Below, piece by piece: positions 49,248-58,700 of a stretch of 64,000 bases of DNA. Each line of letters begins with the position of its first letter. Within the stretch, counting starts at the first letter, position 1. The DNA is taken from NCBI GenBank assembly GCA_042408665.1, contig JBHOQW010000106.1, forward strand, positions 8,868-72,867, read 5' to 3'. The translations under genes and the position numbers were made by a program. Source of the DNA: Dehalococcoidia bacterium (GTDB lineage Bacteria; Chloroflexota; Dehalococcoidia; CAUJGQ01). Under the pieces are notes generated by a model. The model saw only the letters and a program-made list of their open reading frames with translations, made no database searches and was not told where the DNA came from.

Positions 49248-50624
49248 TCACGATCCCTCCACCACCCCGGCAAGCCGGGTCCGCAGTGCGAGCCGGCCCA
49301 GCACGGCGTGCAGCACGAACGCCACGATAAAGCTTGGCAGCGTGGCCCCGAGCTGGGGCGCCAGGCCGTCCACGTTCAGGCCTTTGACGTGGATGCCGGC
49401 GATCGCCAGGTAGAGCGCGGCGCCGATTGCCCACACCACCACCGCCAGCCAGTTCACCCCGCCGCGATACCAGTAGGCCCCACGCGGCTCGTACAGCTCC
49501 TGCACCGCGTAGCGGCGGCCGTGCAGGACGTAGTAGTCGGCGGCCAGCACGCCGAGCAGGGGCACAAACACCGAGCCGATGAGCAAGAGGAAGCTCTCGT
49601 ACTGGGCCAGGGGGATGGTCCAGCCGGCCAGCAACACCACGGCACAGATGGCCACGATCAGCAGGCGATGGCTCAGCCACGGGAACAGGTTCTCGATGGA
49701 CAGGGCGGTGGAGTACACGTTGGCGAACGCCTCGTCCGTCTCGTCGGCAAGGAGGATGAGCAGCGCCGCCCAACCCGCTGTCAGACCGGCGATGGCCGTG
49801 AGCATGGGCGAGATGGGCGCGTTCGGGTCAGAGGCCACGTTCACCGCCAGCACCAGCAGCGCGCCCAAGGCGTAGAACCACACCTGCGGCACGAAGTAGC
49901 CGGCCGCCGTGCCCCAAAAGGCGGAGCGGGTGTCGCGCGCGAAGCGGCTGTAATCAGCCACCAGCGGGAACCAGGAGATGGGCAGCGCTACCACCAGGTC
50001 CACGGCCAGCCAGAACGACATACTGCCGTCGCCGGGTCGGGACAAGACCTTGCCAATGTCGTAATTGACCAGCAGCGCGCCGGTGATCCATAGCGTGGAG
50101 AGCAGCACCAGCCAGACGATCGAGACCTTGAGCAGGCGCGTGACGCGGATCGGGCCCGAGAGCGCCAGCACCAGGGTGAGCGCGGTGAAGAACGCCACCC
50201 ACAGGTGGTAGAGCGAGCGCAGGCCGAACACCTCCTTCATGAGCACGTCGGCGGCCTGCGCCATCACGATCACCTCGAACGTGGCCCAGCCGAGCAACTG
50301 GAGAATGTTCAGCGCCGTGGGCAGGTAGGAGCCGCGCAGGCCCAGCGGCGCGCGGAGCAGCACCATCTGGGGCACACGTACATCGGCCCCCACCGCCGCG
50401 CCGATGCCCAGCAGCACGTTGCCGATCACGGCGCCCACTAAGATGGCCAGCAGCGCCTGCGTGAGCCCCAGCCCGGGCACCAAAAAGGTGCCTACCACCA
50501 TCACGAGAAAGCTGATGCCCAAGTCGGCCCACAGGACGAAGTTGTCCCACAGGCCCAGCACCTGCCGGTGAACCGGCACCGGCCGGATGCCCACTTCGTC
50601 GTCGTGCAGGAGAATGGCGGCCAT
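49248..50624 (-). CDS. cytX: NCS1-family permease, CytX-like (predicted hydroxymethylpyrimidine transporter)
   Basis: ORF 49248..50663 trimmed to ATG 50624 (GGAAAGGAG upstream). 12-TM permease directly downstream of a TPP riboswitch and upstream of the tenA genes. Confidence 0.82.
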   Translation of the reverse strand: MAAILLHDDEVGIRPVPVHRQVLGLWDNFVLWADLGISFLVMVVGTFLVPGLGLTQALLAILVGAVIGNVLLGIGAAVGADVRVPQMVLLRAPLGLRGSYLPTALNILQLLGWATFEVIVMAQAADVLMKEVFGLRSLYHLWVAFFTALTLVLALSGPIRVTRLLKVSIVWLVLLSTLWITGALLVNYDIGKVLSRPGDGSMSFWLAVDLVVALPISWFPLVADYSRFARDTRSAFWGTAAGYFVPQVWFYALGALLVLAVNVASDPNAPISPMLTAIAGLTAGWAALLILLADETDEAFANVYSTALSIENLFPWLSHRLLIVAICAVVLLAGWTIPLAQYESFLLLIGSVFVPLLGVLAADYYVLHGRRYAVQELYEPRGAYWYRGGVNWLAVVVWAIGAALYLAIAGIHVKGLNVDGLAPQLGATLPSFIVAFVLHAVLGRLALRTRLAGVVEGS

Positions 50625-50660
50625 GGCGCGCTCCTTTCCTGCGGAAGCGCGCGGCGGCAC

Positions 50661-50700
50661 CACGAAAACCGCCCCGGCCGGGCCAGCGAGCCGGGGCGGT
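50661..50700 (-). terminator. intrinsic terminator forming the TPP-riboswitch expression platform
   Basis: On the minus strand: ACCGCCCCGGC-ucgcuggcccg-GCCGGGGCGGU followed by UUUCGUG. Located between the aptamer and the cytX Shine-Dalgarno site. Confidence 0.6.
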
Positions 50701-50711
50701 CCTCAACGAGA

Positions 50712-50806
50712 CCGATCGCGCTTCCTTCGCTGGCATTACCCAGATCAGGTTCGGCGGTCGGCGGCGGATCGGCCGCCCTCTCAGCCCGGCTCCCCGAGCT
50801 CCCGCA
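50712..50806 (-). promoter_or_regulatory. TPP (THI-box) riboswitch aptamer
   Basis: On the minus strand: GGGGAGCCGGGCUGAGAGGGCGGCCGAUCCGCCGCCGACCGCCGAACCUGAUCUGGGUAAUGCCAGCGAAGGAAGCG. This contains the conserved CUGAGA, ACC..GAACCUGAUCUGGnUAAUGCCAGCG and AGGAA blocks. Confidence 0.9.
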
Positions 50807-50830
50807 TCGCGTCTGCGGTTGTCGGCACTG

Positions 50831-50859
50831 ACGATACCCCCGCCCGATCCGTCCGTCAA
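50831..50859 (-). promoter_or_regulatory. sigma-70-type promoter TTGACG-N17-TATCGT driving the riboswitch/cytX operon
   Basis: Minus-strand hexamers at 50859-50854 and 50836-50831, about 25 nt upstream of the aptamer. Confidence 0.5.
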
Positions 50860-50941
50860 GGCCCGCGCCGACGCGGGGCTTCCCTTGCGGCCGCTCCTGC
50901 CATAACCTGTCATCCTGATCCTCTCCCCGCGGGCCGCTCCC

Positions 50942-53668
50942 ATGCGCAGCGACGACCGCCTCACCCCTGCCCGCCGCCAGTACCTGCAGCTCAAGCGCCG
51001 CCACCCGGACGCGCTGCTCCTCTACCGCATGGGCGACTTCTACGAACTGTTCGATGAGGACGCCGTCACCGCGGCGCGCGACCTGCACATCACCCTCACC
51101 TCGCGCGAGTTCGGCAAGGGCAACCGCGTGCCCATGGCCGGCATCCCCTACCACGCCCTCAGCTCGTACCTGCGCCGTCTGCTGGCCAAAGGCCACCGCG
51201 TTGCCATCTGCGAGCAACTCTCCGAGCCCGGGCGCGGACTGGTGGAGCGCGATGTGGTGCGCGTGCTCTCGCCCGGCACGGTGGCCGAGCCGGGCCTGCT
51301 CCCCGCCCGTGAGAACAACTACCTCGTCGCCCTCTGCCCCGCCCGAGACGGCGTGGGTCTGGCCTACGTCGACGTCAGCACCGGCGAGTTCGCCGCCACG
51401 GAGTTCGCGGCCGGGGATGAACCGGCGCTGGCCGCCGAGCTGGCGCGCCTCTCCCCCGCCGAATGCCTCTTCCCCGAGGGGCGGCCGCCGCCGGTTGAGC
51501 CGGGCTGTCCGCTCACCGCCTGCCCGCCACGCTGGTTCCAGGAGGGGCCGGCGCGCGAGCGTCTGCTTCGACACTTCGCCACCGCCTCGCTAGAACCCTT
51601 CGGCTGCGAGGGACTGCCGTTGGCCACCGCCGCCGCAGCGGCCGCCCTGGCTTATGTCGAGGGCACCAATCGCGACCTCCTCCGCCTGTTGCGCGGCCTG
51701 CACACCTACACCACCGGCGCCTACATCGCCCTGGACGCGCACACCCGCCGCAACCTGGAGCTGACGCGCGCCGCCCGCTCCGGCGAACGCGCCGGTTCGC
51801 TGCTGGCCGCGCTGGACCACACCCGCACCGCCATGGGCGGCCGCCTCCTGCGCCGCTGGCTCAACCAGCCCCTGTGCGATGTGGCCGCCATCAACCGGCG
51901 CCTGGACGTGGTGGAGGCGCTGGCACGCGATCACGACCGGCGCGCCGCCCTGCTGGCCGCGCTCGAGGCGGCGGGCGACCTGGAGCGGCTGGCGGGGCGG
52001 GCGCGCCAGGGTACGGCCACGGCGCGCGACCTCCTGGCCTTGGCCGCCGGCCTGCGCGCGGCCGGCACCATCGCCGCGCTGGCGCCCCCGGACGAAGGCG
52101 ACGCGCCCGCCCAGGCGCTGGCCGCGCTTCTGGCGCGCGTAGACCCGGCGTCGGAGGTGGTGGGCCTGGTTGAGCGGGCCGTGAGCGACGACGAAGGGCA
52201 GCCGGTGCGGCGCGGGTTCGACCCCGAGCTGGACGAGCTCACGAGCGCGGTCGAGAACGCGCAGGCCACGCTCCTGGAAATGGAGCGGCGCGAGCGGGAG
52301 CAGACCGGCATCCGCTCGCTCAAGGTCGGCTTTAACAAAGTCTTTGGCTACTACATCGAGGTGACGCGACCGAACCTGAAGCTGGTGCCCGAGCGGTACA
52401 TCCGCCGCCAGACGCTGGCCAACGGCGAGCGGTTCGTCACACCGGAACTCAAGGAGTGGGAAGCCCGCATCCTGCGGGCGGAGGAGCGCATCGAGGCGCG
52501 CGCCCGCGAGGTGTTCGCCGGCGTGGTCGAGGCGGTAGGGGCGCAGGTAGACCGCCTGCTTGCCACGGCGCACGCTCTGGCCGAGCTGGACGTGCTGGCC
52601 ACCTTTGCCGAGCTGGCCGTCACACGCCGCTACACCCGCCCCGTGCTGGACGAGTCCACCACGCTCCGCATCCGCGCCGGCCGCCATCCGGTGGTGGAAC
52701 TGGCGCTGGAGGCAGGCGCCTTCGTGCCCAACGACACCGACCTAGACGCCACGGCGCTGGACGCGCGCCGAGAAGGCGGGCCGACGGGCGCGGCCCGGAT
52801 TATGCTCATCACCGGCCCGAACATGGCCGGCAAATCCACCTACCTGCGCCAGGTGGCGCTGATCGTGCTGCTCGCCCAGGCCGGCTGCTTCGTGCCGGCG
52901 GAGGCGGCGCACATCGGGGTGGTGGACCGCATCTTCACCCGCATTGGTGCCCAGGACGACCTGGCCGCCGGCGCCAGCACCTTCCTCGTGGAGATGGTGG
53001 AGACGGCGGCCATCCTCCGCCACGCCACCGACCGCTCGCTGCTCATCTTCGACGAGATCGGGCGCGGTACCGGTACCCTGGACGGTCTCACCATCGCGCA
53101 GGCGGTAGTGGAGGACGTGCACGATCGCGTCCGGGCGCGCACGTTGTTCGCGACCCACTTCCACGAGCTGACGGCACTGGCCGAACGGCTGCCCGCCATG
53201 CGCGTGGCCAGCATGGCCGCTGTGGAGGAAGGCGGACAGGTGGTATTCCTGCGGCGGCTGGTGCCGGGCGGCGCCGACCGCAGCTACGGCATCCACGTGG
53301 CGCGCCTGGCCGGCCTGCCCGAGCACGTCACCCGCCGCGCCGAGGCGCTGCTGGCCGAGATGGAGCGGATGCAGGAGCGGCTCCCACCACCCGACGCTCC
53401 CGCCGGCTCTCTGCCCGAGCGACGGGGACACGAGCGCGCATCTCTGGATGGCTGCCCCGTGTGTGCGGCGGCCCGGCTGGAGCGACTGCTGGCCGAGGTG
53501 CGCGCTCTCAACCTGGCCGCCACCACGCCCATGCAGGCGCTGAACTTCCTCTTCGAGCTCCAGCAGCGGCTGGCGGCTCCGGAGGCGTGCATCTGCCCCG
53601 GCAGGGCCGGCGCCCGGCCACGACTGGCCCTCATCGAGCCCGCGCGTCCCAGCGAGTGGTTGCCGTGA
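50942..53668 (+). CDS. mutS: DNA mismatch repair protein MutS
   Basis: 908 aa. Motifs TPARRQYLQLKRRHPDALLLYRMGDFYELF, Walker A GPNMAGKST, DEIGRGT. Confidence 0.96.
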   Translation: MRSDDRLTPARRQYLQLKRRHPDALLLYRMGDFYELFDEDAVTAARDLHITLTSREFGKGNRVPMAGIPYHALSSYLRRLLAKGHRVAICEQLSEPGRGLVERDVVRVLSPGTVAEPGLLPARENNYLVALCPARDGVGLAYVDVSTGEFAATEFAAGDEPALAAELARLSPAECLFPEGRPPPVEPGCPLTACPPRWFQEGPARERLLRHFATASLEPFGCEGLPLATAAAAAALAYVEGTNRDLLRLLRGLHTYTTGAYIALDAHTRRNLELTRAARSGERAGSLLAALDHTRTAMGGRLLRRWLNQPLCDVAAINRRLDVVEALARDHDRRAALLAALEAAGDLERLAGRARQGTATARDLLALAAGLRAAGTIAALAPPDEGDAPAQALAALLARVDPASEVVGLVERAVSDDEGQPVRRGFDPELDELTSAVENAQATLLEMERREREQTGIRSLKVGFNKVFGYYIEVTRPNLKLVPERYIRRQTLANGERFVTPELKEWEARILRAEERIEARAREVFAGVVEAVGAQVDRLLATAHALAELDVLATFAELAVTRRYTRPVLDESTTLRIRAGRHPVVELALEAGAFVPNDTDLDATALDARREGGPTGAARIMLITGPNMAGKSTYLRQVALIVLLAQAGCFVPAEAAHIGVVDRIFTRIGAQDDLAAGASTFLVEMVETAAILRHATDRSLLIFDEIGRGTGTLDGLTIAQAVVEDVHDRVRARTLFATHFHELTALAERLPAMRVASMAAVEEGGQVVFLRRLVPGGADRSYGIHVARLAGLPEHVTRRAEALLAEMERMQERLPPPDAPAGSLPERRGHERASLDGCPVCAAARLERLLAEVRALNLAATTPMQALNFLFELQQRLAAPEACICPGRAGARPRLALIEPARPSEWLP

Positions 53669-55350
53669 CCGTGTCATCGCCATCGCGCCATCCCATCCGC
53701 GTGCTGCCGCCCGACGTCGCCGAGCGGATCGCCGCCGGTGAGGTGATCGACCGTCCCGCGGCCGCCGCCAAGGAGCTGATCGAAAACGCGCTGGATGCCG
53801 GCGCCCGCCATATCCGCGTGGAGGTGCGCGGTGGCGGGCTGGAGCTGCTGCGCGTGGCGGACGACGGGTGCGGCATCCCGGCCGAGGAGATCGAGCTGGC
53901 GGTCGCCCGGCACGCCACCAGCAAGATCGCCCGCTTCGAGGACCTGGGCCGCCTCACGACGCTGGGGTTCCGGGGGGAGGCGCTGGCCAGCATCGCCGCC
54001 ATCGGCGAGGTGACGCTGAGCAGCGCCGTGCCGGGTGCACCGGCCGGGGCGGGCGTGACGGTGCGCTTCGGCCAGGTGCTGGAGCGCGGCACGCGCGCCC
54101 GCACCCCCGGCACCACCGTCACGGTGCGCGACCTGTTCGGCAACGTGCCGGCGCGGCGGGCGTTCCTCAAGGCACAGCGCATCGAATCGGCGCGCATCGG
54201 CGAGACCGTGCGCCGCTACGCCGTCGGCCGGCCGGACGTGAGCTTCACGCTGGTGTTCGACGGCCGGCTGGCCTTCCACAGCGATGGGAGCGGCGACCTG
54301 CGCCGGGTCCTGGCCGCGCTCTACGGCCCCGGCGTGACGGAGTCGCTGGCCCCGCTGCGCGGCGAACTCCCAACCGGCGGGCGGCTGCACGGCCTGGTTA
54401 GCACGGGCGGCCCCTGGCACAGTGGCCGCCAGCATGTGCTGCCTTTCATCAACGGGCGCTGGGTGCGGGTGGGCACGCTGCCGGCGGCGGTGGAGGCCGC
54501 CTATCGCCCCTTCGCGCCGGCCGGCCGCCACCCGCTGCTGGTCCTGTTCCTGGAGGTGCCGCCGGACCAGGTAGACGCCAACGTCCACCCCGCCAAGCTC
54601 GAGGTACGGCTGCGTGAGGACGAGGCGGTGACGGAGGCGATCCGCGCGGCGGTGGCCGCGGCGTTCGGACGCACGCCGGCCGGCGCCGGCGCCAGCCTGT
54701 CCTTGCAGTACCGACTGCCACTCGCCCGTACCCGGCGCGAGCGGCGGGTGGCCGAGCCGGAGGCGGGTTACGGGCGGGGCGGCCCGCCGGCCGAGGAGCT
54801 GCCGGCCGGGCTGCGCTTTCTGGCCACCGCGCGCGACGGCCTGATCGTGGCCGAGGGAGACGACGGCCTGTACCTGGTGGACCAGCACCGGGCGCACGAG
54901 CGGGTGCTGTTCGAGGCGTTGCAGGCCGGCGTGGGCGAAGGACCGCAGGCGCTGTTGGAGCCGGCGCTGGTGCGCCCCTCACCGGCCCAGGCGGCGCTGC
55001 TGGCGGCGCGGGCGGAGGAGCTGGCGACGCTCGGCTTCGTGCTGGAGGGCTTCGGCGCCGGGGCACTGGTGGCGCGGGCGGTGCCGGGCGCTCTGGGGAG
55101 CCTGGACGCGGAGACACTGGCGGCCCTGCTGGAGGCGGCCATGAGCGACGCGGCCGATTGGCGGGAGCGGCTGCTGGCCACCGCCGCCTGCCGCGCCGCG
55201 GTGAAGAAGGGCCAGCCGCTCGACGCCGGGGCGGCCCGCGCCCTGCTGGAGCGGCTCACGTCGGCGCGCGCCCCAGCCGTATGCCCGCACGGCGCACCCG
55301 TCGTGGTGCGGCTGGCCGACGGGCTCCTGGCACGCCTGTTCCGGTGGTAG
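53665..55350 (+). CDS. mutL: DNA mismatch repair protein MutL
   Basis: In-frame part of ORF 52456..55350. GTG 53665 overlaps the mutS TGA (GTGA). Motifs IRVLPPDVAERIAAGEVIDRPAAAAKELIENALDAGA and CPHGAP near the C-terminus. Confidence 0.9.
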   Translation: MTVSSPSRHPIRVLPPDVAERIAAGEVIDRPAAAAKELIENALDAGARHIRVEVRGGGLELLRVADDGCGIPAEEIELAVARHATSKIARFEDLGRLTTLGFRGEALASIAAIGEVTLSSAVPGAPAGAGVTVRFGQVLERGTRARTPGTTVTVRDLFGNVPARRAFLKAQRIESARIGETVRRYAVGRPDVSFTLVFDGRLAFHSDGSGDLRRVLAALYGPGVTESLAPLRGELPTGGRLHGLVSTGGPWHSGRQHVLPFINGRWVRVGTLPAAVEAAYRPFAPAGRHPLLVLFLEVPPDQVDANVHPAKLEVRLREDEAVTEAIRAAVAAAFGRTPAGAGASLSLQYRLPLARTRRERRVAEPEAGYGRGGPPAEELPAGLRFLATARDGLIVAEGDDGLYLVDQHRAHERVLFEALQAGVGEGPQALLEPALVRPSPAQAALLAARAEELATLGFVLEGFGAGALVARAVPGALGSLDAETLAALLEAAMSDAADWRERLLATAACRAAVKKGQPLDAGAARALLERLTSARAPAVCPHGAPVVVRLADGLLARLFRW

Positions 55351-55360
55351 GTTCTGGCCG

Positions 55361-55954
55361 CTACGCGCGCGGGATACGGTCCATCGTCTGCAGTGAGCGG
55401 GCGATGCTCTCTGCCAGCTTGGCCTCCCACAGCGCCAGCTTCTCGGCCGGCATGCGGGCGCGCAGATCGCGCCACCAGAGCACGTTGCCCGGGCGGCGCA
55501 CGGCGCGGTGCACCACCTCACCCAGGAAGACGGTCATATCGCCGCCGTCCATCTGATTGAGCACGCGGCACTCGAACACGCCCAAGCAGTCCAACAACAG
55601 GGGCGTGCCCGTGATGCCGGTCTCGTGCGGTACCGTCGCCAGTTTGTCCACCTCGCGCCCGGACTGGAGGCCGAAGTGGTAGACCAGCGCGTCCTGGTCA
55701 TCGCCGAGCAGGTGGACGGCGAAGGCGCCAGCGCGGCGAACGAGGTCATGGGTGAGGTTATCCTTCCAGAGGGCCACCGTCAGCCGCGGGCGGTCCGGCA
55801 CGATGGAAGCGCCGTGGACTGAGACGGCTACCTGGCCGTTGCCCCGGCCATCGGCCGCCGCCGTCACCACCACGATCGGTGTCCAGAGATAGCTGAGCAG
55901 GTCGCCGACAACGTGGCGCTCACGCGCCGTGTCACGCTCGGACCACTCGGGCAT
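55361..55954 (-). CDS. flavin reductase-like FMN-binding domain protein
   Basis: ORF 55361..56011 trimmed to ATG 55954 (AAGGAG upstream). Segment IVVVTAAADGRGNGQVAVSVHGASIVPDRPRLTVAL. Confidence 0.84.
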   Translation of the reverse strand: MPEWSERDTARERHVVGDLLSYLWTPIVVVTAAADGRGNGQVAVSVHGASIVPDRPRLTVALWKDNLTHDLVRRAGAFAVHLLGDDQDALVYHFGLQSGREVDKLATVPHETGITGTPLLLDCLGVFECRVLNQMDGGDMTVFLGEVVHRAVRRPGNVLWWRDLRARMPAEKLALWEAKLAESIARSLQTMDRIPRA

Positions 55955-56058
55955 GGTCACGACGGTGCTCCTTGATCTCGAGATCGTGGGTAAGGGGATG
56001 CCGCATCCCACCCCGATCGTGAACGGGCAACACCCGCCTCACGTGCCGCACGCGCGCC

Positions 56059-57651
56059 TCACCCGGCCCGCCCGCGCCGGGCCGCGGCATGCTGGGGCCA
56101 CGCCTCGACCAGCGCCGCCACCAGCCCCTCGATGGTATGCTCCCGCGCCTCCACATCGACCCGCAACCCGGCGGCACGGGCCGCGGCGGCCGTTACCGGT
56201 CCGATGGCGGCCACGAGCGCCCCACCCAGGCGCCCGGTGTCGCCGTTCAGCGCCGCCATGAGCCGCGCCACCGTGGACGAGCTGGTGAAGGTGACGATAT
56301 CGACGCCGCCCGCCAGCAGGCGCTCCAGCTCCTGCCGCCCGTGTGCCCCGCCGCGCGTGCGGTAGGCGGCGATGCTGGTCACGGAGGCCCCGGCCGCGCG
56401 CAGTCCCTCGGCCAGCGCCGGCGGGGCGATGTCGGCGCGCAGGAGCAGCACCCGCCGGCCGGCCACGCCCGCTTCCCGCAGCGCGGCCAGCACCCCGGCC
56501 GTGGTGAACGTCTCCGGCACCAGGTCGGCGCGGATGCCGCGCGCCGCCAGGGCCGCGGCGGTGGCCGGGCCGATGGCGCACACCCTGGCGGCGCCGAAGG
56601 CGCGGGCGTCGCGACTCAGCGCCGCCAGCCGCTCCCAGACGGCCGTCACCCCGTTCTGGCTTGTGAACACCACCCAGTCCTGCTCGGCGAGCGTGGTCAG
56701 GGCGGCGTCCAGCGGCGCTGGGTCCTCCAGCGGCTCACAGGCGATGGCGGGAAACTCCAGCGGCACGGCTCCCAGCGCGCGCAGCCGCGTCACCAGCCCG
56801 CTGGCCTGCTCTCGCGCCCGTGTAACCAGCACGCGCGCCCCGAACAGCGGCAGCTCCTCCAGCCAGGCCAGCTCCTCCCGCAGCCGCACCACCTCGCCCA
56901 CCACCAGCGCCGCGGGCGGGCGGATGCTCAACTCCCGCGCCCGGGCGGCGATGGTGCCCAGCGTGGCGGTCACCACCGCCTGCTCCGGCGTGCTGCCCCA
57001 GCGGATGAGCGCCGCCGGCTGGTCGGACGGGCGGCCGGCCGCCAGCAGCCGCTCGGTGATCGCCGGTAGGCGCTCCACGCCCATGAGGAAGACCAGCGTG
57101 TCCGCCGCACGTGCCATCGCCGCCCAGTCGTAGACCGCTCCCGGCCCGTCCGCCGCCTCGTGCCCGGTGGCGATCAGCACCGACCCGGCCACGCCGCGGT
57201 GGGTAACGGGGATGCCGGCACAGGCTGGCGCGGCGATGGCGCTCGTCACGCCCGGCACCACGCGGAAGGGGATACCGGCCTGCCGCAGCGCCAGCGCCTC
57301 CTCGCCGCCGCGGCCGAACAGGAACGGATCGCCGCCCTTGAGGCGCACCACGGTACGGCCGGCGCGGGCATGTTCGATGAGAAGGGCGTTGATTGCCTCC
57401 TGGGAGAGGGTGTGCGCCCCGGCCGCCTTGCCGGCGTCGATGAGCAGGGCGTCCGGCCTCGTCTCGCGCAAGAGGGCGGACGGGGCCAGGCGGTCGTACA
57501 CCACCACGTCCGCCCGCCGCAGCGCCGCCAGCCCGGCGACGGTGATCAGCTCCGGGTCGCCCGGCCCGGCCCCGACCAGGTAGACGGTGCCGATGGCCGC
57601 GTCGCTCCGGCCGTCGTTCGGCTGATGGAGAGGTAGGGGTTGCTCAGGCAA
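56059..57651 (-). CDS. cobA: bifunctional uroporphyrinogen-III C-methyltransferase / uroporphyrinogen-III synthase (CobA-HemD fusion)
   Basis: 530 aa. The N-terminal half has SUMT motifs (VYLVGAGPGDPELITV, VVRLKGGDPFLFGRGGEE). The C-terminal half is HemD-like. The apparent TTG start overlaps hemC by 8 nt. Confidence 0.9.
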   Translation of the reverse strand: MPEQPLPLHQPNDGRSDAAIGTVYLVGAGPGDPELITVAGLAALRRADVVVYDRLAPSALLRETRPDALLIDAGKAAGAHTLSQEAINALLIEHARAGRTVVRLKGGDPFLFGRGGEEALALRQAGIPFRVVPGVTSAIAAPACAGIPVTHRGVAGSVLIATGHEAADGPGAVYDWAAMARAADTLVFLMGVERLPAITERLLAAGRPSDQPAALIRWGSTPEQAVVTATLGTIAARARELSIRPPAALVVGEVVRLREELAWLEELPLFGARVLVTRAREQASGLVTRLRALGAVPLEFPAIACEPLEDPAPLDAALTTLAEQDWVVFTSQNGVTAVWERLAALSRDARAFGAARVCAIGPATAAALAARGIRADLVPETFTTAGVLAALREAGVAGRRVLLLRADIAPPALAEGLRAAGASVTSIAAYRTRGGAHGRQELERLLAGGVDIVTFTSSSTVARLMAALNGDTGRLGGALVAAIGPVTAAAARAAGLRVDVEAREHTIEGLVAALVEAWPQHAAARRGRAG

Positions 57652-58558
57652 GGAGATCGCCCCCCTTTTGCAATAGGTCTTCGGCCAGCGCGCGGCCCAG
57701 CGCCTCCGCGTCCGCCAGCGCGCCGGTGAGCACGGCTGTCACCGCGCGGCTGCCGTCCGGCGCCAGCAGCAGGCCGTGCAGGGTGAGCGCGTCCCCCTCC
57801 ACCCGGCCGTGCACGCCGACCGGCACGCGACAGCCGCTGCCCAGGCGGCGCAGCACGGCGCGCTCGGCCACGACGGCGGCACGAGTCGGTAGGTGATCCA
57901 GCGCCGCGAGGAGCGCCACCTCCGGCCCATCCGTGCGGCACTGCACGGCCAGCGCCCCCTGCCCGGCGGCCGGCACCCAGAGCGCGGGGTTGAGATACTG
58001 GGTCACGACGTCGCTCAGGCCGAGCCGGTCCAGGCCAACGGCGGCGAGGATGAGGGCGTCGTAGGCGCCCTCGCGCAGGCGGCGCAGGCGCGTGTCCACG
58101 TTCCCACGCGCGGGTACGACCTCCAGGTCTGGGCGCAGGGCGTGCAGGAGGGCCCGACGGCGGGGACTGCCGGTGCCGACCCGTGCGCCGCGGGGCAGGT
58201 CGGCCAGCAGGAGGCCATCGCGGGAGACGAGCACGTCACGCGGGTCGCCGCGCGGGGGAAAGGCGGCCAGGGTGAGGCCGGGCGTTTCCGTCGAGGGGAT
58301 GTCCTTGGCGCTGTGCACGGCGATGTCGGCGCGGCCGTCCAGCAGGGCGGCCTCCACCCCGCGCACGAAGGCGCCATCGCCAAGCTGAGTGACGGGCGCC
58401 GTCTGGTTCCGGTCGCCGGCCGTGCGCACCGGCACGATCTCGACGGCGAGGTCGGGGCGCAAGGCGCGCAGCGCCTCCACCACCAGGTCCGTCTGCTTGA
58501 GCGCCAGCGCGCTGCCGCGCGTCGCCACGCGCAGGACCGAGACCCGCGTCTCGCTCAT
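57644..58558 (-). CDS. hemC: hydroxymethylbilane synthase (porphobilinogen deaminase)
   Basis: Segments LRVATRGSALALKQT...VPVRTAGD...IAVHSAKD. ATG 58558 follows GAGAGGA. Confidence 0.93.
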   Translation of the reverse strand: MSETRVSVLRVATRGSALALKQTDLVVEALRALRPDLAVEIVPVRTAGDRNQTAPVTQLGDGAFVRGVEAALLDGRADIAVHSAKDIPSTETPGLTLAAFPPRGDPRDVLVSRDGLLLADLPRGARVGTGSPRRRALLHALRPDLEVVPARGNVDTRLRRLREGAYDALILAAVGLDRLGLSDVVTQYLNPALWVPAAGQGALAVQCRTDGPEVALLAALDHLPTRAAVVAERAVLRRLGSGCRVPVGVHGRVEGDALTLHGLLLAPDGSRAVTAVLTGALADAEALGRALAEDLLQKGGDLLA

Positions 58559-58650
58559 TGGTCCTCTCAATTCACCCCTTGCCCGACCGGCACGCGCCGG
58601 CCCTCACCCGATCGTGATTGAGAAGTAAGCGGTGAGAGGAGCACGACCCG

Positions 58651-58700
58651 TCTCTCGTTCCTCACTCCTCGTTGCCCACTCCTCGCCTCTGGCCTCACCC
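58651..58700. repeat. about 50-nt intergenic element, copy 1 (hemL 3' end)
   Basis: Plus strand: tctctcgttcctcactcctcgttgcccactcctcgcctctggcctcacccc. The minus strand carries tandem 14-mers GTGGGCAACGAGGA and GTGAGGAACGAGAG. The hemL TGA lies inside the terminal GGGGTGAGGCC. Confidence 0.55.

Noticed and set aside
52456-53664. Upstream 403 codons of ORF 52456..55350, which would give a 964-aa MutL overlapping mutS.
   Set aside because: That segment is an alternative frame of mutS with junk composition. MutL homology (IRVLPPDVAERIAAGEVI) begins right after GTG 53665, which overlaps the mutS stop.
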